From Octopus vulgaris (taxonomy: Eukaryota): a DNA stretch of 64,000 bases. Both the position numbers and the translations under genes were made by a program. Shown here piece by piece: positions 1 through 13,668 of the stretch. Position 1 is the stretch's first letter; each line of letters begins with the position of its first letter. The DNA is taken from positions 13,206,001 through 13,270,000 of the forward strand of contig OX597816.1 of the NCBI GenBank assembly GCA_951406725.2, read 5' to 3'. The notes beneath the pieces were generated by a model. The model had not been told where the DNA came from. It saw only the letters and a program-made list of their open reading frames with translations, and did not search any database.

Positions 1-249
1 TTCGAGCCATACAGTAGTGTGCAACCAGCCATCATTAGCAAGCCAATATGATTTGGAATCTTTCGCTTTGCGTTCGATAATTGCTCTCTGTTTTTACATA
101 GTTGCGACCAGACGGAGACACACTGTTGCTCATGTTAACATGGCGGACAATATATGATGTAACAGCATCAAGAAGAGAGGACCACACAAGCATCTGGTTG
201 GTACTCGTTACAGCTGAGTACATTCGAGCAACGAGCCATGAAACACCAA

Positions 250-658
250 TTTCTGTACTACCCACAAGGGGCTAAACATAGGGAGAACAAACAAGAACAG
301 ACAAACGAATTAAGTCGATTATATAGACCCCAGTGCACGACTGGCACTTATTTAATCGACCCCGAAAGGATGAAAGGCAAAGTCGACCTCGGCGGAATTT
401 GAACTCAGAACGTAGCGGCAGACGAAATACCTATTTCTTTACTACCCATAAGGGGCTAAACACAGAGAGGACGAACAAGAACAGACAAACGGATTAAGTT
501 GATTACACCGACCCCAGTGCGAAACTGGTACTTAATTTATCGACCCCGAAAGGATGAAGGGCCAAGTTGACCTCGGCGGAATTTGAACTCAGAACGTAAC
601 GGCAGACGAAATACCGCTCAGCATTTCGCCCGGTGCCCTAACGTTTATGTCAACTTCA
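250..658 (-). mobile_element. SINE family A (tRNA-headed), dimeric body, nested in an older SINE
   Basis: Two body units (rc of gagttcaaattccgccgaggtcgactttgcctttcatcctttcggggtcg). Flanked by duplicated acgagccatgaaa (231-243, 661-673) within an older SINE remnant (~195-770). Confidence 0.85.
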
Positions 659-799
659 CCACGAGCCATGAAATAACTCGATCAGAGACACAGTGAACCG
701 AACGCTCCAAGTACTGACCCGACACCTTATGATTGTGAGTCGAACATCTTCACTATCAAGCCACATGAATCAAGTAGCTGTACAAATGCGAGCTTATCT

Positions 800-1107
800 G
801 TATGTTTGTTCCTTCTCGAGCCACGCCTGGTTCAAGAGGGCCGGTTTCCCGGTTTCCTGGCGTATAGGTTTCCCACCTGGACGGGACGCCGGTCCGTCGC
901 AGGTGAGCTGCAAGATGCAGGAGGAAAGAGTGAGAGAAAGTTGTGGCGAAAGAGTCAGCAGAAGTTCGCCATTACCTTCTGCCGGAGTCATATGGGGCTT
1001 AGGTGTTTCACTCATAAGCACACACACATAACTTGGTCTGAGATTCGAACCCGCGATCCCTCGACCGCGGGTCCGCTGCTCTAACCACTAGGCCCTGTGC
1101 CTCCTCA
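800..1107 (-). mobile_element. SINE, B-type head/body with D-type tail
   Basis: Minus strand shows A box (ggcctagtgg) and B box (ggttcgaatct), body ctctttcgccacaactttctctcactc, and tail gcgtcccgtccag...gaaaccgggaaaccgg. Confidence 0.8.
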
Positions 1108-1109
1108 AA

Positions 1110-1362
1110 ATAAATGCGCCCTTTTAAAGCCTAGCCAGGCTCATGGGCCCACTTTCCCGGTTTCAATGGCGCATGTGTTATCCAGCTGGAAGGGACGCCA
1201 GTCCATCGCAGCGTTACTCATCTGTGTCAGCTGAGTGGACTGGAGCAACGTGAAATGAAGTGTTTTGCTGAAGAACACAACGCGTCGCCCGGTGCAGGAA
1301 TCGAAACCACAATCTTACGATCATGATGCTGAAACCGTAACCACTAAGCCACGCGCCTCCAC
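1110..1362 (-). mobile_element. SINE family D
   Basis: Reverse complement of the 41139-41385 copy (gtggaggcgcgtggcttagtgg...ttgctccagtccactcagctg...ggctaggctttaaaagggcg). Confidence 0.85.
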
Positions 1363-1865
1363 CTATCTGTATATTACAGGAGAAACTACTGCGTAGACAG
1401 AAAATGCAGACGTAAGCGATTATGTGTGCTGACGTATGTTCGTGCCTGATTGCGTGTGTTTGGGTGTGTGTGTTCATATGCGGGTACGTGAATAGGTGCA
1501 AGCTTGCATAAATGCATCCATTCACAGATGCTGATGTGATATGTGGATGAAGAGGGAAAAAAATGTCATGCTAATTATGTGACAGTGAAATGTTTCACTC
1601 CTTTGATCTACTAATTGAAAGTAAATATTTATCTTCCACCTCTTTTTCTCGACTTCTATCAAACTTCTTGAAGACAAAGCAATACAAATATTAAGCTGAT
1701 ACAACAAACATCTATTATCCGTAATATTCACATTAATAAGCAGCCAGTTGCCGTCATATTTTCCTCGTTAACACGTAACCTTGTATCATTGATATATCTA
1801 GTCATTATTACTCCGAGTTAATCAATACATCAACACGAACACATATTCAAAGACTCGCAATCGTA

Positions 1866-2226
1866 CGTACATACATACACACATACATACATGCATGCAT
1901 ACATGCATACATGCATACATAGATGCATGCATACATACATACATACATACATACATGCATACATACATGCATACATACATACATACATGCATGCATGCAT
2001 ACATACATGCATGCATGCATGCATACATACATACATACATACATGCATGCATACATGCATATATACGTACATGCATGCATGCATACATACATACATACAT
2101 ACATGCATACATGCATACACACACACATACATACATACACACACACACGTAGATACATACATACATACATACATACATACATACATACATACATACATAC
2201 ATACATACATACTTGCATACATACAT
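1866..2226. repeat. (CATA)n/(CATG)n compound microsatellite
   Basis: Directly visible; source of the MYVC/HTYI pseudo-ORFs. Confidence 0.97.
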
Positions 2227-2320
2227 ATATGTTTGCACTCAGCTCCTTATTACTTGAAGTTATGTGAACTTAGGTCACGTTCGCTTCGGCACCTGTTCCA
2301 AGACAGAATAGAGAGTTTAA

Positions 2321-2551
2321 GGCGGCGAGTTGGTAGAATTGATAGCACGCCGGGCGAAATGCTGAGCGGTATATCGTCTGCCGTTCCGTGCTGAGTTCAA
2401 ATTCCGCCGAGGTCGACTTTGCCTTTCATCCTTTCAGGGTCGATAAATTAAGTAGCAGTTACGCACTGGGGTCGATATAATCGATATAATCCGTTTATCT
2501 GTCCTTGTTTGTCCCCTCTGTGTTTAGCCCCTTGTGTGCAGTAAAGAAATA
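2321..2551 (+). mobile_element. SINE family A monomer
   Basis: Runs from ggcggcgagttggtagaa through B box gagttcaaattc to gtaaagaaata. TSD agaatagaga(g/c)tttaa at 2305-2320 and 2552-2567. Confidence 0.92.
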
Positions 2552-3252
2552 AGAATAGAGACTTTAAAACAAATTCAAATTTAATTATAAGGGCTTCAGC
2601 CTCTGTTCGTCAGCTCAGATTACGTGGCTGTGATACTATCGAAACGACATGCCTTATCTTTTTATATTTAGATTCACGTATTACGGACAGGATGTAAGCA
2701 GGATGTGGCTGCACTTTGATGTCAGTCTACCGTAGGGTATATCCAGGGACACCACATTCTCGTATTGGGTATCGCATGTTTCAGGGTACTCAAAGGTTTA
2801 GTATCAATCACTCAGTTATCATTCTGTGTATTTTGAACTCATTAGCGACGGTAGTGCATTCAAAATACAAAGTACTTGGGGTAACTATTTTGATACATTT
2901 GAGATCGCGTGACCAACGTGTAGTTTGTTGTCTATACTAATAGCAAGGATTGTATAACATGCCCTTGTGTGGATATACTCCTGACGGCAAAAAGATATTT
3001 CATTCTTCCTATAGATGTATACTGCGGGCTGGTGGAGTATGTGCCACTCTTTTCACGGAGACGGTGGTAATCACGATCTACAGTTCAACCTGAAGACTGC
3101 CTTTCAAGGATGTACCATTAAATGTTGCAGAAGTCCTATCGATGATCTCCACAAATGAAGCTATCAGAGTGTCTCCAGATGAAACATCATAAGAGGCTGG
3201 AGTGTTCCCATCCTAAAATCTTTTTGTATGATTTGGGCATAACTTCTATACC

Positions 3253-3345
3253 GATAGATAGATAGATATACAGACAGACGGAGAGACAGATAGATAGATA
3301 GACAGACAGACAGATAGAAAGATAGATGGATGGACAGATAGATAA

Positions 3346-3394
<49 letters not shown>

Positions 3395-3477
3395 GGGATA
3401 GATAGATGGATATATATATATATGTGTGTGTATACATGCATACATACATACATACATACATACATACATACATACAT
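3253..3477. repeat. (GATA)n, (TA)n and (CATA)n microsatellites
   Basis: Directly visible. Confidence 0.97.
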
Positions 3478-3734
3478 TTTTATTAATTTATAACAGAAGA
3501 GAAGGATGAAATTGTATATTGGGATTAAACTATATTTCGTAGTTGCTATGTTTCTTGTTATTATCGCTAACTTTGTGTTGATTACTGATGAAAATAAACA
3601 AAGACGAATATTTGAATGGCAATTGAAACTGTAATTGTCTATGTCACATATTTCGTTGAAATAAACAATTCGGTTTAACTTCGATTACTTTAACAGAATG
3701 CAGAGAAAGGCGAAAATAAATCATTAAAATATAT

Positions 3735-4080
3735 AACAGGAGCACTCAGAGAGTGCAAACCTCTGCCAAGGAAACATTAACGTCCTCTCAATGATTAGCC
3801 GAAGATGATTTTTAGAATGAGAATATCTGAAATAAACTCGACTGCTCTCACAAACGAGAATACTAAAATGAACCTGACCGCTCTCAAAAATTAAGTAAAA
3901 AAATCAGGAAAATACTCCGGATCCATCCCAAAATCTAATCAGTTCGTGCCAGTCACGAGGCCAAACATCCCTGAAAGTTTCATCCGAATCCATCCAGCGG
4001 TTTTAAGATATCTCGTCTATGAGCAAGCAAACATACACGACTGAAAACAATACCTCCGCCTTCGCTAAGGTGGAGGTAAT
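3735..4080. mobile_element. Helentron/DINE-like non-autonomous element
   Basis: Hairpin gcactcagagagtgc near one end and subterminal acctctgccaagg. Palindromic acctccgccttcgctaaggtggaggt at the other end. No TSD. Confidence 0.6.
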
Positions 4081-4104
4081 AATGGCTTTTATAGAAAATA
4101 TCCC

Positions 4105-5121
4105 AGTGTGTCATTGGACTTTGGTTATCATCCATCTAGATTATTTGAATAGAGATAAAAAAAAAACATCTTAAGAAACAGTATACCAGAAGCTAAAGAC
4201 GTTTTTAAAAAAGCAAGGTAGCTTAGATGAACTGTCTAGCTTATTTCTAGAAAATATCTAATTCGATCAATTATTCTTTAAATAACCAATATGCATCGTT
4301 TTTCAAATTTTCATAGTTTAAAAGTTGTTAACGGAATAACTAGAATGATGTCGGCTGCGAGATATAGTTCAACTTTAGTGCAACAAACCATGTAATTTTA
4401 CATATTCAAGTGTGTCATTATACCTTGGTTGTGGAGGCGCAATGGCCCAGTGGTTAGGCAGCGGACTCGCGGTCATAGGATCGCGGTTTCGATTCCCAGA
4501 CCGGGGCGTTGTGAGTGTTTATTGAGCGAAAACACCTAAAAGCTCCACGAGGCTCCGGCAGGGGATGGTGGTCATCCCTGCTCTACTCTTTCGCCACAAC
4601 TTGCTCTCACTCTTACTTCCTGTTTCTGTTGTACCTGTATTTCAAAGGGCCGGCCTTGTCACTCTTTGTGTCACGCTGAATATCCCCGAGAACTACGTTA
4701 AGGGTACACGTGTCTGTGGAGTGCTCAGCCACTTACACTTTAATTTCACGAGCTGGCTGTTCCGTTGATTCGGATCAACCGGAACCCTCGTCGTCGTAAC
4801 CGACGGAGTGCTTCCACTATACTTTGGTTATTATCCATCTAGATTATTTGAATAGAAAAAAAAAAAACATCTTACGAAACAGTATACCAGAAGCTAAAGA
4901 CGTTTTTTTAAAAGAAATAGCAAGGTAGCTTGCTACATTAACTTAGATAAACTGTCTAGCTTATTTCTAGAAAATATCTAATTTGATCAATTATTCTTTA
5001 AATAACCACTATGTATCGGTTTTCAAATTTTCATAGTTTAAAAGCTGTTAACGGAATAACTAGAATAATGTCGGCTACGAGATATAGTTCAACTTTAGTG
5101 CAACAAACCATGTAATTTTAC
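4105..5121 (+). repeat. ~300-bp tandem duplication, second copy interrupted by a SINE
   Basis: 4105-4401 recurs as 4409-4430 plus 4818-5121 (ttggttat...caacaaaccatgtaattttac). Confidence 0.9.
4431..4816 (+). mobile_element. SINE family B, full length
   Basis: A box tggcccagtgg, B box ggtttcgattcc, tail cgtcgtaaccgacggagtgcttcca. TSD tatac(c/t)ttggtt at 4419-4430 and 4818-4829. Confidence 0.93.
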
Positions 5122-6746
5122 TCTTTCATCTAAGTTTTGAATAAATGGTTTACATATTGTTTTATTTGCTGATCGATATATTGACAAAAACCGACGCTTA
5201 AAACTAATTAACCGCACCTTTAGATAACATATTCGAGATGCGTATCTCCTATTCCATATTCTATTTTTGTTTCTGGATATTTCGTTTCGATCGAATTCTA
5301 TTTCAATTGTCCTACTGTCCGTGTGTCAATTATCAATGAATCGCGTTGATTCAAATGTTATATTTTTGGACATTTGACCATTATTAGTATGAATATAAAA
5401 CTTGTTATTTGACTTATTGATTTTTATAACGGCTGAGAATATTCCTCACGGTGCTATTTTCCCGCCTTTTCTTTCATAACATTTCGTTTTGTAATGACGA
5501 TCTGTAAAAGTAATACGTTAAGCGTTGATTTAAACTAAGATTAGTTAAGGCGTGATGTGAATCTAAAAGGAACTTCAGCATTCTCTTAGAATACACATCC
5601 TATTCTTCTAATGTTTTGCGTCCTTTATTAAACAGTGATATATGGCTTTCCGATAGAAAATCGCAAAAAATAATAGAGCATACGTATCAAATGAATTACT
5701 GTAAATTGAATTTCCAATATAGAATGCAACGTTTGAGGATATCTACAAAAATATTGCAATTGCAACTATGGGAAATAAAACAGACTTCAATTATTTGATG
5801 GAGAAATTCCGATTCGTAAATCAAACATATGCGAAGGGAAGACTATCATTTTGACAGACAATACATTTGGTTTTTAAACTAAGTCGGGAATCAATTACGT
5901 AGCAGCATTTAATATGATATTTTTTCCTTGTTAGGGAATAGAAAGTTTAAGAAAAGTCTAAGCAAATGTATTAAGGCAATTTATTGAATTATGGGATTCT
6001 CGAACGAATTATTATGAGATTCTCGCAGCTAAGATTTGATAGTAGGAGACAAAACTGAAATCGGCAAAATCATATCGAGTGACACAACCTTCCCCATAGT
6101 ATATTAAGGGCACATTATAAGCACATGTTTTCTGTACTATATTATAGAATTTTTAATAAAAACACCTTTAAACTCTCCTATTCAGCTATTTAACCTATCC
6201 CAGAGAACAACGTAATCTGATTTACCCAAATTAATTTTAAGTTGAGATAATGATCCTGATTACTGTACTTGTACGAATTTTATTATATACCTCTAAATTC
6301 TATTTGTCCAACTTAGAATATGAAATAGGAATGCTTACAAAAGGCACAAATATAATATAGCTGTCAGTTAATAGCCTTAAGACACCATTCTATAAAAATG
6401 CTCAGTTTCTTAACGAAGAAAGACGAAATGAAATAATTGATTCCACGGCTATATGGAAGTTGGAGGACAATAATATATTCTAAGAAATTTAATTGGCCAT
6501 AGTGAAGAAATACTATTACATATTCAGAAAAGAAAACATGCGATTTGTAGAAACCCTCGAAACAATCTTTTACAATAAAATCTTGTTAATACATACCCCA
6601 AAATGCTATATGCAGATAGCTAATCAGTACTATTAAAGTCTTTTCTTGCGTGATTTTTATTGATTTCCATCTTTCTATGAAAGCTAAAAGAAAAACTTTT
6701 GATCAGAATTTAATTTTGCTGCATTAATTTTAGTCTATTTTGTCTT

Positions 6747-7061
<315 letters not shown>

Positions 7062-7967
7062 TATGTATGTATGTGCCCTGAATATGTCACCTTTTAGCCA
7101 CTATTGTTTGCAAGTCAACCCTGATCTGAAGAAGTAGCGCATATAACGGTCCCAGTTGTGGGTTAATTAGCATGTGACGGCAATTCATCTCAGCGCAGGG
7201 ACGCAGAAATACCCTTGGTTGGTGTCGATGTGCGCAATAAACCACCGGCAGTGAGAGCTCCCTAAGTGCTGAACCAGCATTCTTCTAGTGGAACAATGTA
7301 AAACCTGCGGTTTCACGTGATTACTGGTCATTTCTCTTCGACCTGTTATTACGTACTAGCCATGGAGACCTAGAGAATGGTACTTGTGATGCATTCTACA
7401 AGCGCTTATCACTATAATCCAGTTACGTGTAGACATCTCTTTAAGGTGCCTTCGTCTCTCACTTGTCAGCCCATCTTCTGAGAGTTCTACGGTAGTGGAG
7501 AAGTTGCAATGTGTGCAAAGCTAACCAGTTGCAAGCATTACAACCTTCACCTCTCACCTATGCTTCAAATAATGCGGATCTGCAACGAAACTGAATAAAC
7601 CCCTGAATAAGCATTAAAAACGACAAAGCACAAGGAGACGGTTATCATCTACGGAGATGGAGTAATCGTCATGCACGTATCTTTTATCTTTTTTCAGTCT
7701 GTTGACTGCAGCCATGCTGGAGCAACGCATTGAAGAACTTTAATCAAATGAATCGATCCTAGTGCTTTTTTTTTATAAGCCTGAAAAATACGTCACTTTA
7801 ATATTTTCTGAGCTCAAATACAAGCAAAGTCATATTTGATTTTCATCGTCTAAGGGTCTACGATATAACATTCCAGTGAACTTCTAGGATGATGGTATAA
7901 AGGAAGGCCCATCCGTAAAACAGTTACCCTTGAGGCAAAAACTTAAGCCATTGTTATTATTATATCA

Positions 7968-8395
7968 GGGTGACGAGCTGACAGCAGAGTCAGTGCGTCG
8001 GACAAAATGTTTGGCTGTATTTCTTCCGGTTCTTTATGCTCTGAGCGCAAATTCCGCTATGGTTGATTTTGCCTCTCAGCCACTCAAAATTGATGAAATA
8101 AATTACATGTCAAGCTACGTACCAAAATTTGAAACCATAATTATTATACCAAGAAGAAGTTTAATATTAAGTTTCAGATTTTTGCACAAGGCCAGCAATT
8201 ACCGGTGTAGAATGGGAGCGCAACGTCGATTACATCGACCCCCCCCAGTACTCAACTGGTACTTATTATATTGACTCCGAAAGGATGAAAGGCAAAGTCG
8301 ACATCAGTGATTTTTGAACGCAGAAAGTAAATACGGACGAAATGCTGGTAAACATTTTGACCGGCTTGCTAACAGTTTTGCCGACTGCCCGCCGT
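7968..8395. mobile_element. two degenerate SINE A copies (+ ~7968-8135, - ~8165-8395)
   Basis: Diverged matches to ggcgagctggcagaa...aaattccgc and to cgaaaggatgaaaggcaaagtcgac. Confidence 0.65.
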
Positions 8396-8934
8396 AGAAA
8401 ACTTTAATATTGATATAGTTTAATATTAATTTTTTTTCAGTTTTAGAATAAATTTTGTTTTTATTTCGTCCACCTACACAAAAGAAACTCATTTGAATAT
8501 AACAGCATCGATGCTATGAGGTAATTCCTATATTAATAAAAGTTAATGTCTGGTGTCTGAGGAACAGATTGGAAAAAAAATATCCTGCATATTAAGTATA
8601 ATTTCTCAAATATCTGTATTTTTAAAAATAATGACTTCATCGATAACCGCATTAAAATGAACTGCAATCGCAGCATTAAGAAGATCAATTTTAATTTTAA
8701 TGTCGACATATGAAAATTACTTCGTGGACAATATTACCGATAATGGTGATTGCTAATTAAAGCAGAAATAATAACACGAGCAATGGAATACTTCTGCAAA
8801 GGCAAGTATACTTTTATGCGTGTGGCATGCGTTTAAAAACGTTTAGGCGTTAACAATGCAACAAAGATGGTCTAACACAAGGATCAAGAAGCAAATTGCC
8901 TAAGGTAAGAGACAAATAGAATTGAAACATTAAA

Positions 8935-9053
8935 GGGTTCAGTCCCACTGCGTGGCACCTTGGGCAGGTGTATTCTACTATAGTCTCGGGCCGACCAAAG
9001 CCTTGTGAGTGGATTTGGTAGACGGAAACTGAAAGACGCCTGTCGTATATATG

Positions 9054-9148
<95 letters not shown>

Positions 9149-9362
9149 TTGTATGTCTGTGTTTGTCCCCCTAGCATTGCTTGACAACCGATGCTGGCGT
9201 GTTTACGTCCCCGTCACTTGGCGGTTCGGCAAAAGAGACCGATAGAATAAGTACTGGGCTTACAAAGAATAAGTTCCGGGATCGAGTTGCTCGACTAAAG
9301 GCGGTGCTCCAGCATGGCCGCAGTCAAATGACTGAAACATGTAAAAGAGTAAGAGTAAGAGT
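8935..9362 (+). mobile_element. SINE family C (5' truncated) with internal (TA)n(TG)n
   Basis: gggttcagtcccactgcgtggcaccttgggca ... ggcggtgctccagcatggccgcagtcaaatgactgaaac, followed by a (aagagt)n tail. Confidence 0.9.
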
Positions 9363-9860
9363 ATGCCTCAACTAAGAAAAGCTGATCTAAAACTAGAAAT
9401 ATATTTTCAAATATATTTTAAGAATTCAATTTTAAATTTACTTATCTCCCGCCTGTAGCGCAGGCACTGAAAAAGCTCGTGTGCACTAGCATTTCTCCTT
9501 TAAGGATAAAAAACGTCAAAGTGATGTAATCTTTGTGAAAGTTAAGTGTTTTCCTGACAAACATACGCAGAAAACCGACGATAGTGAACGTGTGTCAGAT
9601 AAGTAAAGCCAGCAACTTTCAGTAACTAACGAGTGATTAAATGGCAAGCTTGAAACCAAAGAAGGTGCTTGTCAATAGTTGAAAATATGCTTGTAAAAGG
9701 ATCCAACCAGTCGACGTAGTGACATGTGTGCCACTTTGAAGGAACTGAATGACTGAATGTGTGTGCTGCTTTAGTGCCGATTTACTAAAGTATTCGTTAC
9801 TAGAATATCTGCATTTAAAACCAATTGTTGTGGTTTGCCAACATTCCATTATAAACAATC

Positions 9861-10150
9861 GTGGAGGCGCAATGGTCCAGTGGTTAGGGCAGCGGTTTCG
9901 ATTCCCATACCGTGCGTTGTGAGTGTTTAATTGAGTGAAAACACCTAAAACTCTACGAGGTTCCGGCAGGGTGTGCTGGTGAACCCTGCTGTACTCTTTC
10001 ACCACAACTTTCTCTCACTCTTTCTTCCTGTTTCTGTTGTACCTGTATTTCAAAGGGGCCAGCCTTGTCACACTCTGTGTTATGTTGGATGTCCCCGAGA
10101 ACTACCTTAAGGGTACAACTGGAACCTTCGTCGTCAGTGACGGATTGCCA
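9861..10150 (+). mobile_element. SINE family B, internally deleted
   Basis: gtggaggcgcaatggtccagtgg head; matches the 4431 copy with deletions. Confidence 0.85.
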
Positions 10151-10284
10151 TGATGATAAACAATAACTATTCATACATACATACATACATAGATTTATAG
10201 ATAAATAGTTAGATAGATAGATAGATATCCACGCATATATTTATTATATATACACATACATATGCATAACTAAGCACATATGTA

Positions 10285-10347
<63 letters not shown>

Positions 10348-10350
10348 TTA

Positions 10351-10394
<44 letters not shown>

Positions 10395-10403
10395 TTTGTT
10401 TAT

Positions 10404-10619
10404 GGAAGGCTAGCAGTCGCCCATGCATACCAGCCTCCTCCACACCAAGGGATAAGGCAAAAGCACCAGTGATGTCGTAGCTCATTTCTACAGCTGAGTT
10501 AACCGGTGCACGTGAAATAAAGTGTCTTGCTCAAGAACACAACACGCAGCCCGTTCCGGGAATCGAACACACAACCTCACGATCTTAAGCTCAACGCTCT
10601 AACCACTGATCCATGTGCC

Positions 10620-10622
<3 letters not shown>
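10404..10622 (-). mobile_element. SINE, D-like head/body with a different tail
   Basis: Minus strand shows ggatcagtggttagagc..ggttgtgtgttcgattcccgg..ttcttgagcaagacactttatttcacg. Sits between TA tracts. Confidence 0.7.
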
Positions 10623-10667
<45 letters not shown>

Positions 10668-10688
10668 GCATGTATGTATATATAAAAC

Positions 10689-10720
<32 letters not shown>

Positions 10721-10824
10721 ATATAAACATATATATATATATATATATGTATATGTATATATAAACATATATGTATATGTATATGTATATATACACATAT
10801 ATGTATATATATACGTATATATAT

Positions 10825-10870
<46 letters not shown>
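10623..10870. repeat. (TA)n-rich microsatellite region
   Basis: Directly visible; also 10290-10392. Confidence 0.95.
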
Positions 10871-10871
<1 letters not shown>

Positions 10872-11200
10872 TACAAATGTGAGTGTTTCTACGTCTCTGT
10901 GTACGTATGTATGTTCGTGCTTGTGTAATTTTGTATGTAGAATATAAACCTGAAAATGAAGGCGCCATGCATGAGAAGAATCAATATCTTCAAGAAAAAT
11001 GGTTTATTAATACCATAAATATTTATAACGGAACGAAATCAAAATGAAAATTTGGACACTGTAATAATTAAAAAGAAACTATAAAACTAAAAGTCTCAAT
11101 AACATGCATAATCAAAATCATTTATGATTCAAAGTAATGCTGTGAAATATAAGAGTCATTAGCGCGTCGAACAAGATGCTTAACAGTATTTCTTTTGTCA

Positions 11201-11602
11201 AGGCGGTGAGCTGGCAGAATCGTTAGCACGCCGGGCGAAATGCTTTGCGGTATTTCGTCTGCCGCTACGTTCTGAGTTCAAATTCCGCCGAGGTCGACTT
11301 TGCCTTTCATCCTTTCGGGGTAGATTAAATAAGTACCAGTTACACACTGGAGGTTGATATAATCGACTTAATCCCTTTGGCTGTCCTTGTTTGTCCTTTC
11401 TGTGTTTAGCCCCTTGTGGGTAGTAAAGAAATAGGTATTTCGTCTGCCGCTACGTTCTGAGTTCAAATTCCGCCGAAGTCGACTTTGCCTTTCATCCTTT
11501 CTTTGTCGATTAAATAACTACCAGTTACGCACTGGGGTCGATATAATCGACTTAATCTGTTTGTCTGTCATTGTTTGTCCCCTTGTGGGTAGTAAAGAAA
11601 TA
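11201..11602 (+). mobile_element. SINE family A dimer
   Basis: Head plus two body units joined at gtaaagaaata|ggtatttc. TSD agtatttcttttg at 11185-11197 and 11603-11615. Confidence 0.92.
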
Positions 11603-12024
11603 AGTATTTCTTTTGACCCTTTATGACCTGTGTTCAATTCTAGCTGAGGTTATATTTTACTTGTTTCATTTATTGGACTGTGGCCAATAGGGGCAACGTC
11701 TTGAAATGTTTCGTCGAACAAATGGACCCCAGTAGTTTTTTTGTTTTTAAGCTAAGCATTTATTCTATCGCTCTATTTTGCCGGATTGGTAAGTTACGAG
11801 GCCGTAAATAATCTAATACCTGTTGTCAGTCGGTGAGATTTGAACCCAGGACATAAAGCGTCCGAGGAAATGCCAATAAGTAAATTTGCCCACGTGTTAA
11901 TGATTCGGCCACTTCACCGTAATTTTGATTAAACTAACTGAATGGTAGACTTTCCTCTCGTAAACAACAGAAGAGGGGTCAACAGCTTCTTTTGAACAAC
12001 CTCCATTAATGTTTACAGTGACTA

Positions 12025-12225
12025 ACAAGGGGCTAAACATAGAGGGGACAAACAAGGACAGACAAACGGATTAAGTTGATTACATCGACCCCAGTGCGTA
12101 CCTGGTACTTAATTTATCGATCTCGAAAGGATGAAAGGCAAAGTCGACCTCAGCGGAATTTGAACTCAGAACGTAGCGGCAGATGAAATACCATGAAGCA
12201 GTTCCAACGTTTCTGCCAGCTCGCC
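12025..12225 (-). mobile_element. SINE family A
   Basis: Reverse-complement match to family A. Confidence 0.85.
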
Positions 12226-12357
12226 ACACAAACAGTTATGCACAAACAGTGACTAACTGTTTGTGCTGTACAAATGCCCTCCATGAAATCGATATTGCTG
12301 GCGCAAGTGCAAAATGTGCGAAACATCAGGTGTGTGTGTGCATATATACAACGTGCG

Positions 12358-12435
12358 TGGAGGCGCAATGGCCCAGTAGGTAGGGCAGCCGACTCGCGGT
12401 CGTAAGATCGCGGTTACGATTTCCAGACTGGGCGT
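12358..12435 (+). mobile_element. SINE B head only
   Basis: gtggaggcgcaatggcccagt...ccagactgggcgt, truncated. Confidence 0.8.
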
Positions 12436-12612
12436 ATGGGTTCATTTTGGACATAACTCTGACTATGGTAGATTTCAAAGAATCTTTGATGTTATGGGCC
12501 TGTTGATTGACCCCTCTCTCAACAACGTTGCATATGTAATAGTCAAATGAATTGACATCTGGGGAATTAGGAGGCCAAATGTTAGGGTTTATGTTCTCAT
12601 AAAAATTTCAAC
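12436..12612 (-). pseudogene. Tc1/mariner (DD37D/maT-like) transposase remnant
   Basis: Manual translation NFYENINPNIWPPNSPDVNSFDYYICNVVERGVNQQAHNIKDSLKSTIVRVMSKMN matches the WPPxSPDLNPxDY motif region. Confidence 0.85.
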
Positions 12613-13326
12613 AATCTATTCCAGTGTTACTAGGGCCATGTGTGATCGCAGAGGAACGCGACTTTTTTTCCCTTACTCAAAAAAAACCCCCCAAAAAACA
12701 GCGTATTGTCTGGGCTGCGATTTGAAACCACGATCTTGTGATCGTAAATGCAACAGCACTACTAGCCACTTGGCAACATGCTCTCATATACACAAATCTA
12801 AAAGGAAACCATAAATCAATAAATAATAAATAATAAAGGTAATACATAGATAACGATAAATTTTAAAAAACACTGAATAACGAAAGAGAACTTCTTTGAA
12901 ATCTGTTTAGAATTTCATTCTGAATATCCGTTTCCACAGAAATCTGTTTTGCGTCATTTAATCTCTAAAGAATTATCATAGTCGCAAGCTTTTTTTAAAG
13001 TTGAAAGGTAATGCCATTATAATGCCGTAAGGAATATAAATGAAATTAGGTAGAATTCCGGAGAGAAATCGAAGGATTTTCAGATATAGGGAAAGAGTAA
13101 TTGATTACGTGTATATAAATCGTCGGCAGTTGTATCCGTTTGTTGACATCTGGTGAAATTTGATCTCGCAAACACGAGATAATGAACATAATTATCTAAT
13201 GAAACATTGGCTCGGTGTTTTGCTGAGGTTTCAAAATCCACCGCCATATTAAAATGCACATTCATGTGTGTGTGAGTGTGTGTGTGTGTGTGTATCTGTG
13301 TGTGTATGCATGTATATACAGCGTGC

Positions 13327-13665
13327 GTGGAGGCGCAATGGCCCAGTGGTTAGGGCAGCGGACACGCGGTCATAGGATCGCGGTTTCGATTTCCAGACCG
13401 CGCGTTGTGAGTGTTTATTGAGCGAAAACACCTAAAGCTCTACGAGACTCCGGCAGCGGGTGGTGGCGAGCCCTGCTGTACTCTTTCTTTCACTCTTTCT
13501 TCCTGTTTCTGTCACACTCTATGTCACGCTGAATCTCCCCGAGAACTACGTTAAGGGTACACGTGTCTGTGGAGTGCTCAGCCACTTGCACGTTAATTTT
13601 ATGGACAGGCTGTTCCGTTGATCGGATCAACTGGAACCCGCGTCGTCGTAACCGACGCAGTGCCA
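13327..13665 (+). mobile_element. SINE family B
   Basis: Full head and tail. Flanked by tacag(c/g)gtgcgt, a likely TSD inside a transposon TIR. Confidence 0.9.
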
Positions 13666-13668
13666 CGA

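Noticed and set aside
4431-4510. tRNA-like sequences with A/B boxes
   Set aside because: They are SINE heads: multi-copy, continuous with SINE bodies, and flanked by TSDs.
4565-4768. Recurrent MVVIPA... ORF (also 29309, 35293, 41999)
   Set aside because: Incidental frame within SINE B.
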